A DNA stretch of 64,000 nt, taken from the NCBI GenBank assembly GCA_964483395.1, contig CAZABT010000001.1, forward strand, positions 21,267-85,266. The letters are read 5' to 3'. The translations under genes and the position numbers were made by a program. A model generated the notes under the pieces. That model was not told where the DNA came from. It was given only the letters and a program-made list of their open reading frames with translations, and did not search any database. Shown here piece by piece: positions 44,323-53,815 of the stretch; positions within the stretch are counted from its first letter, which is position 1, and each line of letters starts with the position of its first letter. The stretch comes from an uncultured Lachnospiraceae bacterium. Lineage in GTDB: Bacteria; Bacillota; Clostridia; Lachnospirales; Lachnospiraceae.

Positions 44323-46314
44323 ATGCTGAAGCTGGGTGCAGGGAAGGCATGCAGACGGCGGTATGAAAGAGAATTACTGCGACAGACGGATGCCTACACA
44401 AGCTGGATAGTTGAAGAGGAAGGAAAAGCAATAAGTGGGAAACAGATAACAGGTGGCCCACTTATTACTGTTGTGCCTTATGGCAGCCCTAACAGATGGA
44501 ACCAGACCTATGCTGCGGCAGAATATTTGCCGGAAGGTACGGATATTCTTGATTTTGCTTCTATGAAGGGTGAGTTTGTCGTGTATCTGAATGGCGACGG
44601 AGCCTTGGAAGAACGAACATTGTCCACATTTGCCGAGAAATCAAATTATGATTTAATATACTGCGACGAGGATTGCATATCGCGCGAGGGGAACAAACGC
44701 CAGAAGCCTTTTTTTAAACCGGATGCGTCACCTGATACCCTGATGTCCTTTTTTTATTTTGGAAACGCCTTTGCCGTGAGACGTTCAATGGCACTGACAA
44801 TTGCGACTATGACAGGGGAAAATGATTTTATTAGACTGTATGATTTTGCTTTGCGGTATATGGAAAAGACAACAAAAATTGCACATATCGCAGAGGTATT
44901 ATATCATAAATACTGTCCGGCCGAGTGCGAAAAAATAACAACCGGTATTAAAACAAGCCTGGATTCAGACCCGGAAATTCTCAGAATTCAAGCGTCTGCA
45001 TATCAGAGACGAAAGGCATCTGCATGTATTTCAAAAACGGAGGAGCCGTTGATATCGGTCATTATTCTGTCGAAGGATCAACCGGAGATTTTGAGGCTGT
45101 GCACGGAAAGCATAAAAATTAAATCTAAATATAACAGAAAAGAAGTTATAATTGTCGATAACGGAAGCACGCAGAAGGTCAAACAGGAACTGGAGCATTA
45201 TGCAGAGACGAATGGGTATACCTATCTTTATCGGCCGATGGATTTTAACTATTCTGTATTATGTAATATCGGTGCAGAAGCAGCGCAGGGGGAATATCTG
45301 CTGTTTTTGAATGACGACATTGAAGCGGGCGATGGAGAGTTTATGGAAAAGATGCTTCACTATGCAGCTTTGCCGCATGTGGGAGCAGTTGGAGCCAAGC
45401 TTCTGTATCCGGGTTCAGATATCATACAGCATGTTGGAATCACAAATCTTCTGTGTGGGCCGTCACATAAGTTGGCAACCTTTTCTGATGCTGAGGAATA
45501 TTATTTTGGAAGAAACAGATGGGATTATGATGTACTGGCGGTTACGGGCGCATGCATGATGGTCTCTCGTGAAAAATACTTCCAAGTTGGCGGATTTAGT
45601 GATAAGATGGGAGTTAGTTATAATGATGTGGACTTGTGCATTTCTTTGTACGAAAGGGGACTGTACAATGTCATATGTAATGCCACATTTTTATACCATC
45701 ACGAGTCTCTGTCCCGCGGCACGGATATTGTCAGCGATGCAAAGCATGAGCGTTTGATCAGGGAGAGAAGACTGCTGTACAGCCGGCATGAGTGGCTGCA
45801 GAACGGAGATCCTTTTTACAATGTCAATCTGGTGCAGGACTCTTTGGAGTACAGGCCTGATGTGCCCTGTGATTTTGACAGATTCGGTTATTACAATCCG
45901 TGTGAAAGGATGACAATCAGCGAGACAGAAATGCGAACTTGTGAGCAGGCACAGATGATGATTGAGAAAACAGAGCGGATTCGAGGCTTTGAAGGCAGTG
46001 CAGAGGACTATTATCTGATTGAGGGCTGGTCACTTCATAAAAAGCGGGACAACGCGCTGCTGCAAAGAAGTCTTTTGCTGGTGCCGCCAACCGGAGATGC
46101 ATTGAAGATCAAGGTCAGTGACCGATATCGTGCAGATGTTTCTGAGGTTTTTCCAAAGGTGAGGAGCAGTGCACTTGCGGGGTTTGTATGTAGGATTCGA
46201 TGCAGTATGCTGAATTCCGGAGCAGTGTATCGTACGGCAATTTTAGCAGAATCGCAGATCACATCTGCAAAATATATGATTTTGGGAGAGCAGTATGAAC
46301 CAACAGGAAAATGA
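44323..46314 (+). CDS. glycosyltransferase family 2, multidomain
   Basis: ISVIILSKDQPEILRLCTESI..IIVDNGS, LFLNDDIE, AVTGACMMVSREKY, NDVDLC. Confidence 0.75.
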   Translation: MLKLGAGKACRRRYERELLRQTDAYTSWIVEEEGKAISGKQITGGPLITVVPYGSPNRWNQTYAAAEYLPEGTDILDFASMKGEFVVYLNGDGALEERTLSTFAEKSNYDLIYCDEDCISREGNKRQKPFFKPDASPDTLMSFFYFGNAFAVRRSMALTIATMTGENDFIRLYDFALRYMEKTTKIAHIAEVLYHKYCPAECEKITTGIKTSLDSDPEILRIQASAYQRRKASACISKTEEPLISVIILSKDQPEILRLCTESIKIKSKYNRKEVIIVDNGSTQKVKQELEHYAETNGYTYLYRPMDFNYSVLCNIGAEAAQGEYLLFLNDDIEAGDGEFMEKMLHYAALPHVGAVGAKLLYPGSDIIQHVGITNLLCGPSHKLATFSDAEEYYFGRNRWDYDVLAVTGACMMVSREKYFQVGGFSDKMGVSYNDVDLCISLYERGLYNVICNATFLYHHESLSRGTDIVSDAKHERLIRERRLLYSRHEWLQNGDPFYNVNLVQDSLEYRPDVPCDFDRFGYYNPCERMTISETEMRTCEQAQMMIEKTERIRGFEGSAEDYYLIEGWSLHKKRDNALLQRSLLLVPPTGDALKIKVSDRYRADVSEVFPKVRSSALAGFVCRIRCSMLNSGAVYRTAILAESQITSAKYMILGEQYEPTGK

Positions 46315-48304
46315 GCAGTTAACAGCATATTATAAGGATTTGTATGAAAAAGAACTGCATAAGAACGAAGCATTGACAGAAACGCTTGTTTCCATTGAAG
46401 CGAAGAATGCAGATCTGACCTATAAGCTGGATAAGATCAGGAACAGTCTGATTTGGAAGTCGATTTATCCTTTTAGACTTTTGTGGAGTCATACGAAAAA
46501 TGCCATTACCCGTGTCAAGCGCTATGGTAATCCGAAGAACTTCCTTCGGAAGCTGGAAAGCAAGCGGATCGAGAAAAAAGCATATAAGAGCTACGGTACA
46601 GAAAGCCTTCCGACTCCAGAGGAAATCAAATGCCAGCGGGAAACAAAATTTTCGAGGGATATCAAGTTCAGCATTTTGGTGCCGCTGTATAATACTCCGG
46701 AAAAGTTTCTGCGGGAAATGATAGAATCTGTTGTGGCGCAGACCTATGAAAAATGGGAACTGTGTCTGGCAGACGGCTCTGATGATGCACATTCTGAGGT
46801 AGAAACCATATGCCGTGCATATTGTGCACAGGATTCCCGCATTCTATATCAGAAGATTGAAAAGAATTTGGGTATCTCAGGCAATACGAACGTGTGCTTT
46901 ACCATGGCGACCGGTGAGTACATAGGGCTTTTTGACCATGATGATCTGCTTCATCCGACAGCTTTGTATGAGTATATGAAAGTGATTTGCGAGCAGGATG
47001 CAGATTATATCTATTGTGATGAGACGACCTTTCAGGGAGAATCCATTGATCATATGGTAACGCTGCACTTTAAGCCGGATTTTTCGATTGATAACCTGCG
47101 GGCCAATAATTATATCTGCCATTTTTCAGTGTTCTCTGCAGAACTTCTTAAAAAAACAGGATTGTTTCGCAGCGAGTTTGACGGCAGCCAGGATCATGAT
47201 ATGATTCTCAGGCTGACGGCGGCCGCACAGAAGATATGTCATGTACCGAAAATTTTATATTACTGGCGTTCCCATGCAGGCAGTGTGGCAGCCGATATCA
47301 ATGCCAAGAGTTATGCCATTGATGCGGCAAAGGGAGCAGTTGCCGCGCATCTGACAGCCTGTGGTTTTGAAGGCTTCAAGATAGAAAGCAGCAGAGCGTT
47401 TGAAACCATTTTCAGAATACGGTATAAGCTGTTGGAGAAGCCGAAGATTTCAATTGTGATTCCGAATAAAGATCATGAGAGCGATTTGCGTCGCTGTATT
47501 GATTCGATCCTGCAGAAATCCTCTTATGAAAATTACGAAATCATCATAGTGGAGAATAACAGTACCGAGGCAGGGATTTTCGCATATTATGAGGGCATTG
47601 AAAAGCATCCTGCAATTCAGGTGGTTACGTATAAAGGAGAGTTCAATTATTCGGCAATCAATAACTTTGGTGTCAGAGCAGCGACAGGTGAATATTTGAT
47701 TCTGCTCAATAATGATACAGAGATCATTACGCGCAATTGGATGGAAGAACTGCTGATGTATGCACAGAGGAAGGATATCGGAGCGGTTGGCTGTATGCTT
47801 TATTACGAAGACTATTCGATACAGCATGCGGGTATTGTACTTGGGCTGGGCGCACACAGAACGGCAGGACATACGCATTATAAAATGGCAAAAGAAAATC
47901 TTGGATATATGGGAAGACTCTGCTATGCGCAAAACGTTTCTGCCGTAACAGGAGCCTGTATGATGACACGCAAATCACTTTTTGATGAGGTGGGCGGTCT
48001 GTCGGAGGAGTTTGCGGTGGCACTGAATGATGTAGATTATTGTCTGCGTCTGCGGGAGAAAGGACTCCTGAATGTATTCACGCCGTTTGCAGAGCTGTTT
48101 CACTATGAATCGGCCTCCAGAGGTTCAGACCTTGCGGACGTGAACCAAAAGAATGCAGAGCGGTATGAGTGCGAAGCGGCACATTTCAGGGAAAAGTGGA
48201 AAGAACTTTTGACAGCGGGGGACCCTTATTACAACCCCAATTTCTCATTGGATTACAGCAACTATACACTCAAAGGCAACAATGTAAAAAGTATGGTTGG
48301 ATAA
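46295..48304 (+). CDS. tandem-GT2 glycosyltransferase with N-terminal coiled coil (polymerising-type enzyme of ABC-transporter-dependent pathways)
   Basis: Coiled coil at about residues 5-50. GT2 domain 1: FSILVPLYNTPEKFLREMIESVVAQTY, FDHDD. GT2 domain 2: ISIVIPNKDH..IIIVENNS, LLNNDTE. Confidence 0.8.
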   Translation: MNQQENEQLTAYYKDLYEKELHKNEALTETLVSIEAKNADLTYKLDKIRNSLIWKSIYPFRLLWSHTKNAITRVKRYGNPKNFLRKLESKRIEKKAYKSYGTESLPTPEEIKCQRETKFSRDIKFSILVPLYNTPEKFLREMIESVVAQTYEKWELCLADGSDDAHSEVETICRAYCAQDSRILYQKIEKNLGISGNTNVCFTMATGEYIGLFDHDDLLHPTALYEYMKVICEQDADYIYCDETTFQGESIDHMVTLHFKPDFSIDNLRANNYICHFSVFSAELLKKTGLFRSEFDGSQDHDMILRLTAAAQKICHVPKILYYWRSHAGSVAADINAKSYAIDAAKGAVAAHLTACGFEGFKIESSRAFETIFRIRYKLLEKPKISIVIPNKDHESDLRRCIDSILQKSSYENYEIIIVENNSTEAGIFAYYEGIEKHPAIQVVTYKGEFNYSAINNFGVRAATGEYLILLNNDTEIITRNWMEELLMYAQRKDIGAVGCMLYYEDYSIQHAGIVLGLGAHRTAGHTHYKMAKENLGYMGRLCYAQNVSAVTGACMMTRKSLFDEVGGLSEEFAVALNDVDYCLRLREKGLLNVFTPFAELFHYESASRGSDLADVNQKNAERYECEAAHFREKWKELLTAGDPYYNPNFSLDYSNYTLKGNNVKSMVG

Positions 48305-48328
48305 TATAGATTAAAGAAGGAGGAAATT

Positions 48329-50053
48329 ATGATGGATTACAAGGAGCAGTACAGATTTTGGATGGAGGATGACTATTTCGATGAGGCGACACATAAGGAA
48401 CTGGCAGCGATAGAAGGTAACGAAGCAGAGATTCAGGATCGCTTCTACAGAGAACTGGAATTTGGAACGGGCGGTCTGCGCGGCGTGATCGGTGCAGGCA
48501 CGAACCGGATGAATCTTTATACGGTCAGAAAGGCAACGCAGGGACTGGCAAACTACATCATAAAGCAGGGCGCGATGGAAAAGGGTGTGGCAATTGCTTA
48601 TGATTCACGTTTCATGTCTCCTGAATTTGCTGATGAAGCAGCACTCTGTCTTGCAGCAAACGGCATAAAGGCATATGTATTTGATGCATTGCGGCCAACA
48701 CCGGAGTTGTCCTTTGCAGTGAGGAAGCTGGGGTGTACAGCGGGCATTGTTGTAACAGCAAGCCACAATCCACCTGAGTACAATGGCTATAAGGTATATT
48801 GGGAGGACGGCGCTCAGATTACCGCTCCAAAGGATACGGAGATCATTACGGAAGTAAAGAATGTAACAGATTATCACAGCGTTAAAAGCATGAGCAAGGA
48901 AGAAGCCATAGCAGGCCGTCTGTACAATGTGATTGGCAGTGATATTGACGATGCATATATGGCAGAACTGAAGAAGCTGATCATTCATCCGGAAATCATT
49001 GCGGCAGTTGCCGGTGAGATCAAGATCGTGTATTCCCCATTCCATGGAACAGGAAACATTCCCGTGCGCAGAATACTTGCGGAACTTGGATTCAAAAATG
49101 TCTATGTAGTACCGGAACAGGAACTGCCTGACCCGAAATTCACAACACTGGCCTATCCGAATCCGGAGGATCCGGCGGCATTTGAACTGGCATTGAAGCT
49201 TGCAAAGGAAAAGGACGCAGATGTCGTGCTTGCAACAGACCCTGATGCGGATCGTCTCGGAATTTATGCGAAGGATGCAAAGACAGGAGAATATGTGCCG
49301 TTTACAGGTAACATGTCCGGTATGCTGATTGCAGAATACATTTTACGTGAGCGCAAAGCAGTAGGAACGCTCCCCAAGAATGCAGCACTGGTCAAGACCA
49401 TTGTGACTACGAACATTGCGGACAGACTGGCAGAGGAATATGGTGTTAAGCTGATTGAGGTTCTGACGGGCTTTAAATATATCGGTGAGCAGATCAAGCT
49501 TTTTGAACAAAACCATACCTATGAGTATGTATTCGGACTGGAAGAGAGCTATGGCTGTCTTGCGGGAACCCATGCCAGAGACAAGGATGCTGTCGTAGCC
49601 GTTATGTGTCTTTGTGAGGTGGCTGCATACTGTAAGCATCAGGGTATCACACTATGGGATCAGATGCTGAACATCTATGAAAAATACGGTTATTACAAGG
49701 AAGGCATGCATACAATTACATTAAAGGGGATTGAGGGAGCAGAACAGATCAAGGCAATCATGGAGAAGCTTCGTCAGGAAAACCCGACCCAATTCGGGGA
49801 ACTTGCAGTTGTGAACTTCAAGGATTATGAAACACACCAGGTTAAGAATCTGAAGACAGGAGCATGCTCCGATACAGGTCTTCCGACCTCTAACGTATTG
49901 TACTTTGAACTGGAAAATGATTCATGGTGCTGTGCAAGACCTTCAGGAACAGAACCCAAGATTAAATTCTATATGGGAATCAAGGGTACTTCCTTACAGG
50001 ATGCTGAAGAAAAGCTGCAGGCGTTGAAAGAGGCAGTCATTGCATTGATTTAG
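48329..50053 (+). CDS. alpha-D-phosphohexomutase (phosphoglucomutase/phosphomannomutase, PgcA-like)
   Basis: GTGGLRG and TASHNPPEYNGYKV (active-site serine loop); DPDADR. AGGAGGAAA RBS. Confidence 0.9.
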   Translation: MMDYKEQYRFWMEDDYFDEATHKELAAIEGNEAEIQDRFYRELEFGTGGLRGVIGAGTNRMNLYTVRKATQGLANYIIKQGAMEKGVAIAYDSRFMSPEFADEAALCLAANGIKAYVFDALRPTPELSFAVRKLGCTAGIVVTASHNPPEYNGYKVYWEDGAQITAPKDTEIITEVKNVTDYHSVKSMSKEEAIAGRLYNVIGSDIDDAYMAELKKLIIHPEIIAAVAGEIKIVYSPFHGTGNIPVRRILAELGFKNVYVVPEQELPDPKFTTLAYPNPEDPAAFELALKLAKEKDADVVLATDPDADRLGIYAKDAKTGEYVPFTGNMSGMLIAEYILRERKAVGTLPKNAALVKTIVTTNIADRLAEEYGVKLIEVLTGFKYIGEQIKLFEQNHTYEYVFGLEESYGCLAGTHARDKDAVVAVMCLCEVAAYCKHQGITLWDQMLNIYEKYGYYKEGMHTITLKGIEGAEQIKAIMEKLRQENPTQFGELAVVNFKDYETHQVKNLKTGACSDTGLPTSNVLYFELENDSWCCARPSGTEPKIKFYMGIKGTSLQDAEEKLQALKEAVIALI

Positions 50054-50077
50054 GACAAGGATTTGAGACAAGGATTT
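50054..50077 (+). repeat. perfect 11-bp direct repeat GACAAGGATTT x2 (13-bp phase) filling a 35-nt intergenic spacer
   Basis: Read directly. Each copy contains an AAGGA Shine-Dalgarno-like core. A further AAGGA follows immediately after the second copy, 8 nt upstream of the ATG at 50089. Confidence 0.6.
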
Positions 50078-50088
50078 AAGGACACACT

Positions 50089-51258
50089 ATGTGGGATAAG
50101 CTATATCATAATCAAAAATTATGGATTGTACTGTATATCGTATTTGGTCTTCTTGCAGCGGTCTCGCTGCTGCAGGGATGCCGGAATGCGATTGCGGTCA
50201 GTCAGGACTTTCAATGGGATGCAGCGAAGGCTTTGACGCTGCAGATCAACCCATATATAGAGTCCATGACACCAACAGGAATACTGGATCAGTACGGTTG
50301 GGAACAATATTGTCTGCAGATGGAAGCCAATCAATTTCCGTCTCTTTTGATGCTGTTGTTTCCGTACACCTTGCTGGCACCGTTGACGGCGCGGTATATG
50401 TGGCTGGCATCAAATCTGATTTTCACGATCCTGATGATCGTGCTGCTGCGCAGAACCTTCCTTGCCAAGATGGATATCCGGTTGTTTGCATTGCTGGTGC
50501 TGTTCATGATTTCAGGAACTCCGTACCGCAATCAGCTGGGAGTGGGACAGCATACCATTTTTTCCTTTATGTTCTTTCTGGCAGCAGTTTGGTGCTGTCA
50601 ACGTGAAGAAACCTCAGGAAAAAGCGGGTATCGTGCTGGAACAGTGATCTGTCTTGCCATCAGCTATTTTAAGTATACACTGACGGTTCCACTGGCCCTG
50701 TATTTTGTTTATAAACGCAAATGGAAGGAATTGATTGCTTCCGTTGCCATTCATGTGATATTGACAATATTTGCTGCATTTTGGCTGAACGCAGGCTTTT
50801 TAGACATGATTCTGCAGCCGCTGCAGGTATCAAGTGCTTTGGCGGCAGAGGGCGGTATCGATTTTGGAGCATTGCTGCAGGGCTCACTTTTTTCATTTGT
50901 ACTGGCGGGTATCGTGATGCTTGGACTGTTCCTTATGGTGCTGCGGCTGCCAAAAGACAGAGAGGTACAGGTCATCGGCATATTAACCTTGTGGTCATTG
51001 ATTGTGACTTATCACCGAACCTATGATTTTTTTATTCTGATTGTGGTGGCAGCTTTGTTTTGCGAAGCAGAGTGGAAAATGAAAGCTATGATGCGAAAGC
51101 CCTTGCTCTATTTCTATATGCTTTTGCTGTTTGCTGTGAATTATGTACTCAGGCTGTTCAGTGAAGCAGTGCCTGCGTTGATTTGTGTGGGTGTATTGTA
51201 TTATGTATTCACGTTTTTAATTACGGGACTTACAGTTCACAGTATGAAAAAAGTATGA
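50089..51258 (+). CDS. polytopic membrane protein, GT-C-like (DUF2029/GT87-like) candidate
   Basis: 389 aa with about 10 TM. An extracytoplasmic first loop is followed by ANQFPSLLMLLFPYTLL. The family call is weak. Confidence 0.45.
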   Translation: MWDKLYHNQKLWIVLYIVFGLLAAVSLLQGCRNAIAVSQDFQWDAAKALTLQINPYIESMTPTGILDQYGWEQYCLQMEANQFPSLLMLLFPYTLLAPLTARYMWLASNLIFTILMIVLLRRTFLAKMDIRLFALLVLFMISGTPYRNQLGVGQHTIFSFMFFLAAVWCCQREETSGKSGYRAGTVICLAISYFKYTLTVPLALYFVYKRKWKELIASVAIHVILTIFAAFWLNAGFLDMILQPLQVSSALAAEGGIDFGALLQGSLFSFVLAGIVMLGLFLMVLRLPKDREVQVIGILTLWSLIVTYHRTYDFFILIVVAALFCEAEWKMKAMMRKPLLYFYMLLLFAVNYVLRLFSEAVPALICVGVLYYVFTFLITGLTVHSMKKV

Positions 51259-51331
51259 GGATGAGCTTACGGTGAAGCAGTTGTTCATATTATGAAGTGA
51301 AAGAAAAATAGATGGAAAAGGAACAGGACAA

Positions 51332-51883
51332 ATGAAGCAGAAAACAAAAAGAGAAAAGTTGATCAAGCAGATTATGAAGTTTGGAGTTGTAGGAGGGCTT
51401 GCATTTCTGATTGATTTCATAGTATACACGATTGTATTGTCGGTACTGGATTGGGAATATGGATATTTGGTGGCCGGATTTGCCGGATTTTCGATCTCAT
51501 TGATTTTTAATTATCTGGCTAGTATGGCGTTCGTATTTACGAGAAAAGAGAATGCAGACAAGAAGCAGGAGTTTGTTGTATTTTTAATGCTCAGTTTGGT
51601 TGGTATGGGGATCAACACTTTGGTATTGTGGCTGTGTGTAGACGTGATTTATGCTTATACCCACTGGATACAGAATGTGGTAGCGGCAGTCTATGATCTG
51701 CTTATGGGTATTGGAATCCGCATCTCTACGGCAGCCGATTTGGCAGCATTGATTGCCAAATGTGTAGCGACAGGTGTTGTAATGGTATATAACTTTATTT
51801 CCAGAAAGAAGTTTCTGGAGAAGAAAGAGGATGATTCTATTGAACAGACAGAAAATGAAAGTCAGACTGAAGAAAAGCAATAA
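51332..51883 (+). CDS. GtrA-family membrane protein (lipid-linked sugar translocation-associated)
   Basis: KFGVVGGLAFLIDFIVYTI, 4 TM, and an acidic C-terminal tail. Confidence 0.8.
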   Translation: MKQKTKREKLIKQIMKFGVVGGLAFLIDFIVYTIVLSVLDWEYGYLVAGFAGFSISLIFNYLASMAFVFTRKENADKKQEFVVFLMLSLVGMGINTLVLWLCVDVIYAYTHWIQNVVAAVYDLLMGIGIRISTAADLAALIAKCVATGVVMVYNFISRKKFLEKKEDDSIEQTENESQTEEKQ

Positions 51884-53018
51884 AATGCAGGCATTGTGTA
51901 TCATACTGCTGCTTGCCGCCCTAATGGCAGGCTGTGGAGAAGGAGCGGCAGGAAATGTGGTGGAGGCAACGCCGATTCCCGTGACCGAAGCTCCTGTCCC
52001 TGAAGCATCGGCAGAGGGCTACGATCCGACAACCGGTAATCTGACGGTGGTGGATGCAGCAGACAAGGTGATTAGCGCAAATGAGCAGCCTGTGGAAGAT
52101 ACTCCGATTCCGACTCCGGTGGTGGAGGAGGAATCAACGGTCATCAAGAAGGATGGCAAGGTCGTTGTGGACATTATCATGTTCATGGGACAGAGCAATA
52201 TGTCCGGCTGCGGCGGAAACGCATCTCAAGCTCCGGTAGTAGTACCGGGAGCCGCTTACGAATTCAGAGCGATATCAGATCCGACGCGTCTCTATTCCAT
52301 TGCAGAGCCATTTGGAATCAATGAGAATCAGATTGGGGGAATTGTAGAGTATCCGGGAGGTAAGAAGGGCTCACTTGTATCTGCCTTTGCCAATACCTAT
52401 TATGAGGAAACCGGCGTTCCGATGATAGCAGTTTCGGCTTCTGCCGGTGCAACGACTACGGAATACTGGTCAAGACAGGCAATTGTAAATGATTTTGTAG
52501 AAAGACACCAGAGAGCTAAAATATGGCTGGAAGGGAATGATTACTATATCAGAAACCAATATGTGATCTGGCTGCAGGGAGAATCGGATGCCGATCAGGG
52601 AATCACCGCAGAGCAGTACACAGAAAACATGGATAACATCATCCGACCGCTTTTCATCAATGGAATCCAAAAGGTTTTCATTATCCGGCCGGGAAGAACC
52701 ATTGACAAGGCACATTATTTTGACGATGTCATTATGGCACAGACGGAAATGTGCAGGACGAGCGGCTATTATGCACTGGCATCGACCATGATGTCCGGCT
52801 TTGGTACAACTTATATGGTGGATCAATGGCATTATAATCAGACGGCTTTGAACATGCTGGGCGCAGATGCGGCTAAAAATGTAGCCTATTATTCAAACAA
52901 TCGTAAGGAAGCCTGCATGTATGATTACAGATATCAGAACACATATATTCCGGACGGATTTGAGTATCCGGCAGATACGGTAGTAGAGCCGGTAACCATA
53001 GAGCCGTTCAAGGAATAG
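51855..53018 (+). CDS. lipoprotein with SASA (sialate O-acetylesterase-like, SGNH-related) domain
   Basis: Signal peptide MKVRLKKSNKMQALCIILLLAALMAGC with a lipobox, then a Pro/Thr/Glu-rich linker, then IIMFMGQSNMSGCGG (GQSNM motif). ATG 51885 is an alternative start. Confidence 0.7.
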   Translation: MKVRLKKSNKMQALCIILLLAALMAGCGEGAAGNVVEATPIPVTEAPVPEASAEGYDPTTGNLTVVDAADKVISANEQPVEDTPIPTPVVEEESTVIKKDGKVVVDIIMFMGQSNMSGCGGNASQAPVVVPGAAYEFRAISDPTRLYSIAEPFGINENQIGGIVEYPGGKKGSLVSAFANTYYEETGVPMIAVSASAGATTTEYWSRQAIVNDFVERHQRAKIWLEGNDYYIRNQYVIWLQGESDADQGITAEQYTENMDNIIRPLFINGIQKVFIIRPGRTIDKAHYFDDVIMAQTEMCRTSGYYALASTMMSGFGTTYMVDQWHYNQTALNMLGADAAKNVAYYSNNRKEACMYDYRYQNTYIPDGFEYPADTVVEPVTIEPFKE

Positions 53019-53032
53019 GCAGGAGGTCTTTT

Positions 53033-53815
53033 ATGAGGGATAAGATTTTGCTTTTCATACCGGGATATAATTGCGAGAAGCAGATAATACGCGTGTTAGG
53101 GCAGTTGGACCGGGAAACGGTGCGGTATTTTACAGAAATCATCATGGTCAATAACAGAAGTACGGATGAGACGGAAGCGGTCGTGAAGCAGTTTATCGAA
53201 AAGCATCCGTATATTCCCCTCAAGCTGCTTCGTAATCAGGATAATTATGGTCTTGGCGGTTCTCATAAGGTTGCTTTTGCGTATGCGAAGGAGCATGGCT
53301 TTGACTATGTAACGGTGCTGCACGGAGACGATCAGGGCACACTGGCAGATATTCTTCCTGTTTTTAAGAAGGGGCTGCACAGAAAGCATGACTGTGTGCT
53401 GGGTGCCAGATTTATGCGCGGTTCACGGCTCACAGGGTATTCTTTGTTCAGAAGCTTTGGAAATGTCGTTTATGATTTTTTGTTTGCGGCGGTGGTAAAA
53501 AAGAAAATTTATGATCTGGGCTCCGGGTTGAACATCTATCGTGTAAAAATGCTGGAGGACTCTTTTTACGAGAAATTTCCGGACAATCTGATGTTTAATT
53601 ATTGCATGATACTGGCAAGCCAGTATTATGCGCATGATATATGTTTTTATCCGATTTCATGGCGTGAGGATGATCAGGTATCGAATGTCAAGATGGTGAA
53701 TCAGGCAGTTACGGTGTTGAAAATGCTCTATGAGTATTGGCGCAATCCGGCAACGATAGAACAGGATTACAGAGAAACTGAAATTGAGGAATATAAGGCT
53801 GAAGTGATTGCATGA
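53033..53815 (+). CDS. glycosyltransferase family 2
   Basis: ILLFIPGYNCEKQI..IIMVNNRSTDET, LHGDDQG. AGGAGG RBS. Confidence 0.75.
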   Translation: MRDKILLFIPGYNCEKQIIRVLGQLDRETVRYFTEIIMVNNRSTDETEAVVKQFIEKHPYIPLKLLRNQDNYGLGGSHKVAFAYAKEHGFDYVTVLHGDDQGTLADILPVFKKGLHRKHDCVLGARFMRGSRLTGYSLFRSFGNVVYDFLFAAVVKKKIYDLGSGLNIYRVKMLEDSFYEKFPDNLMFNYCMILASQYYAHDICFYPISWREDDQVSNVKMVNQAVTVLKMLYEYWRNPATIEQDYRETEIEEYKAEVIA

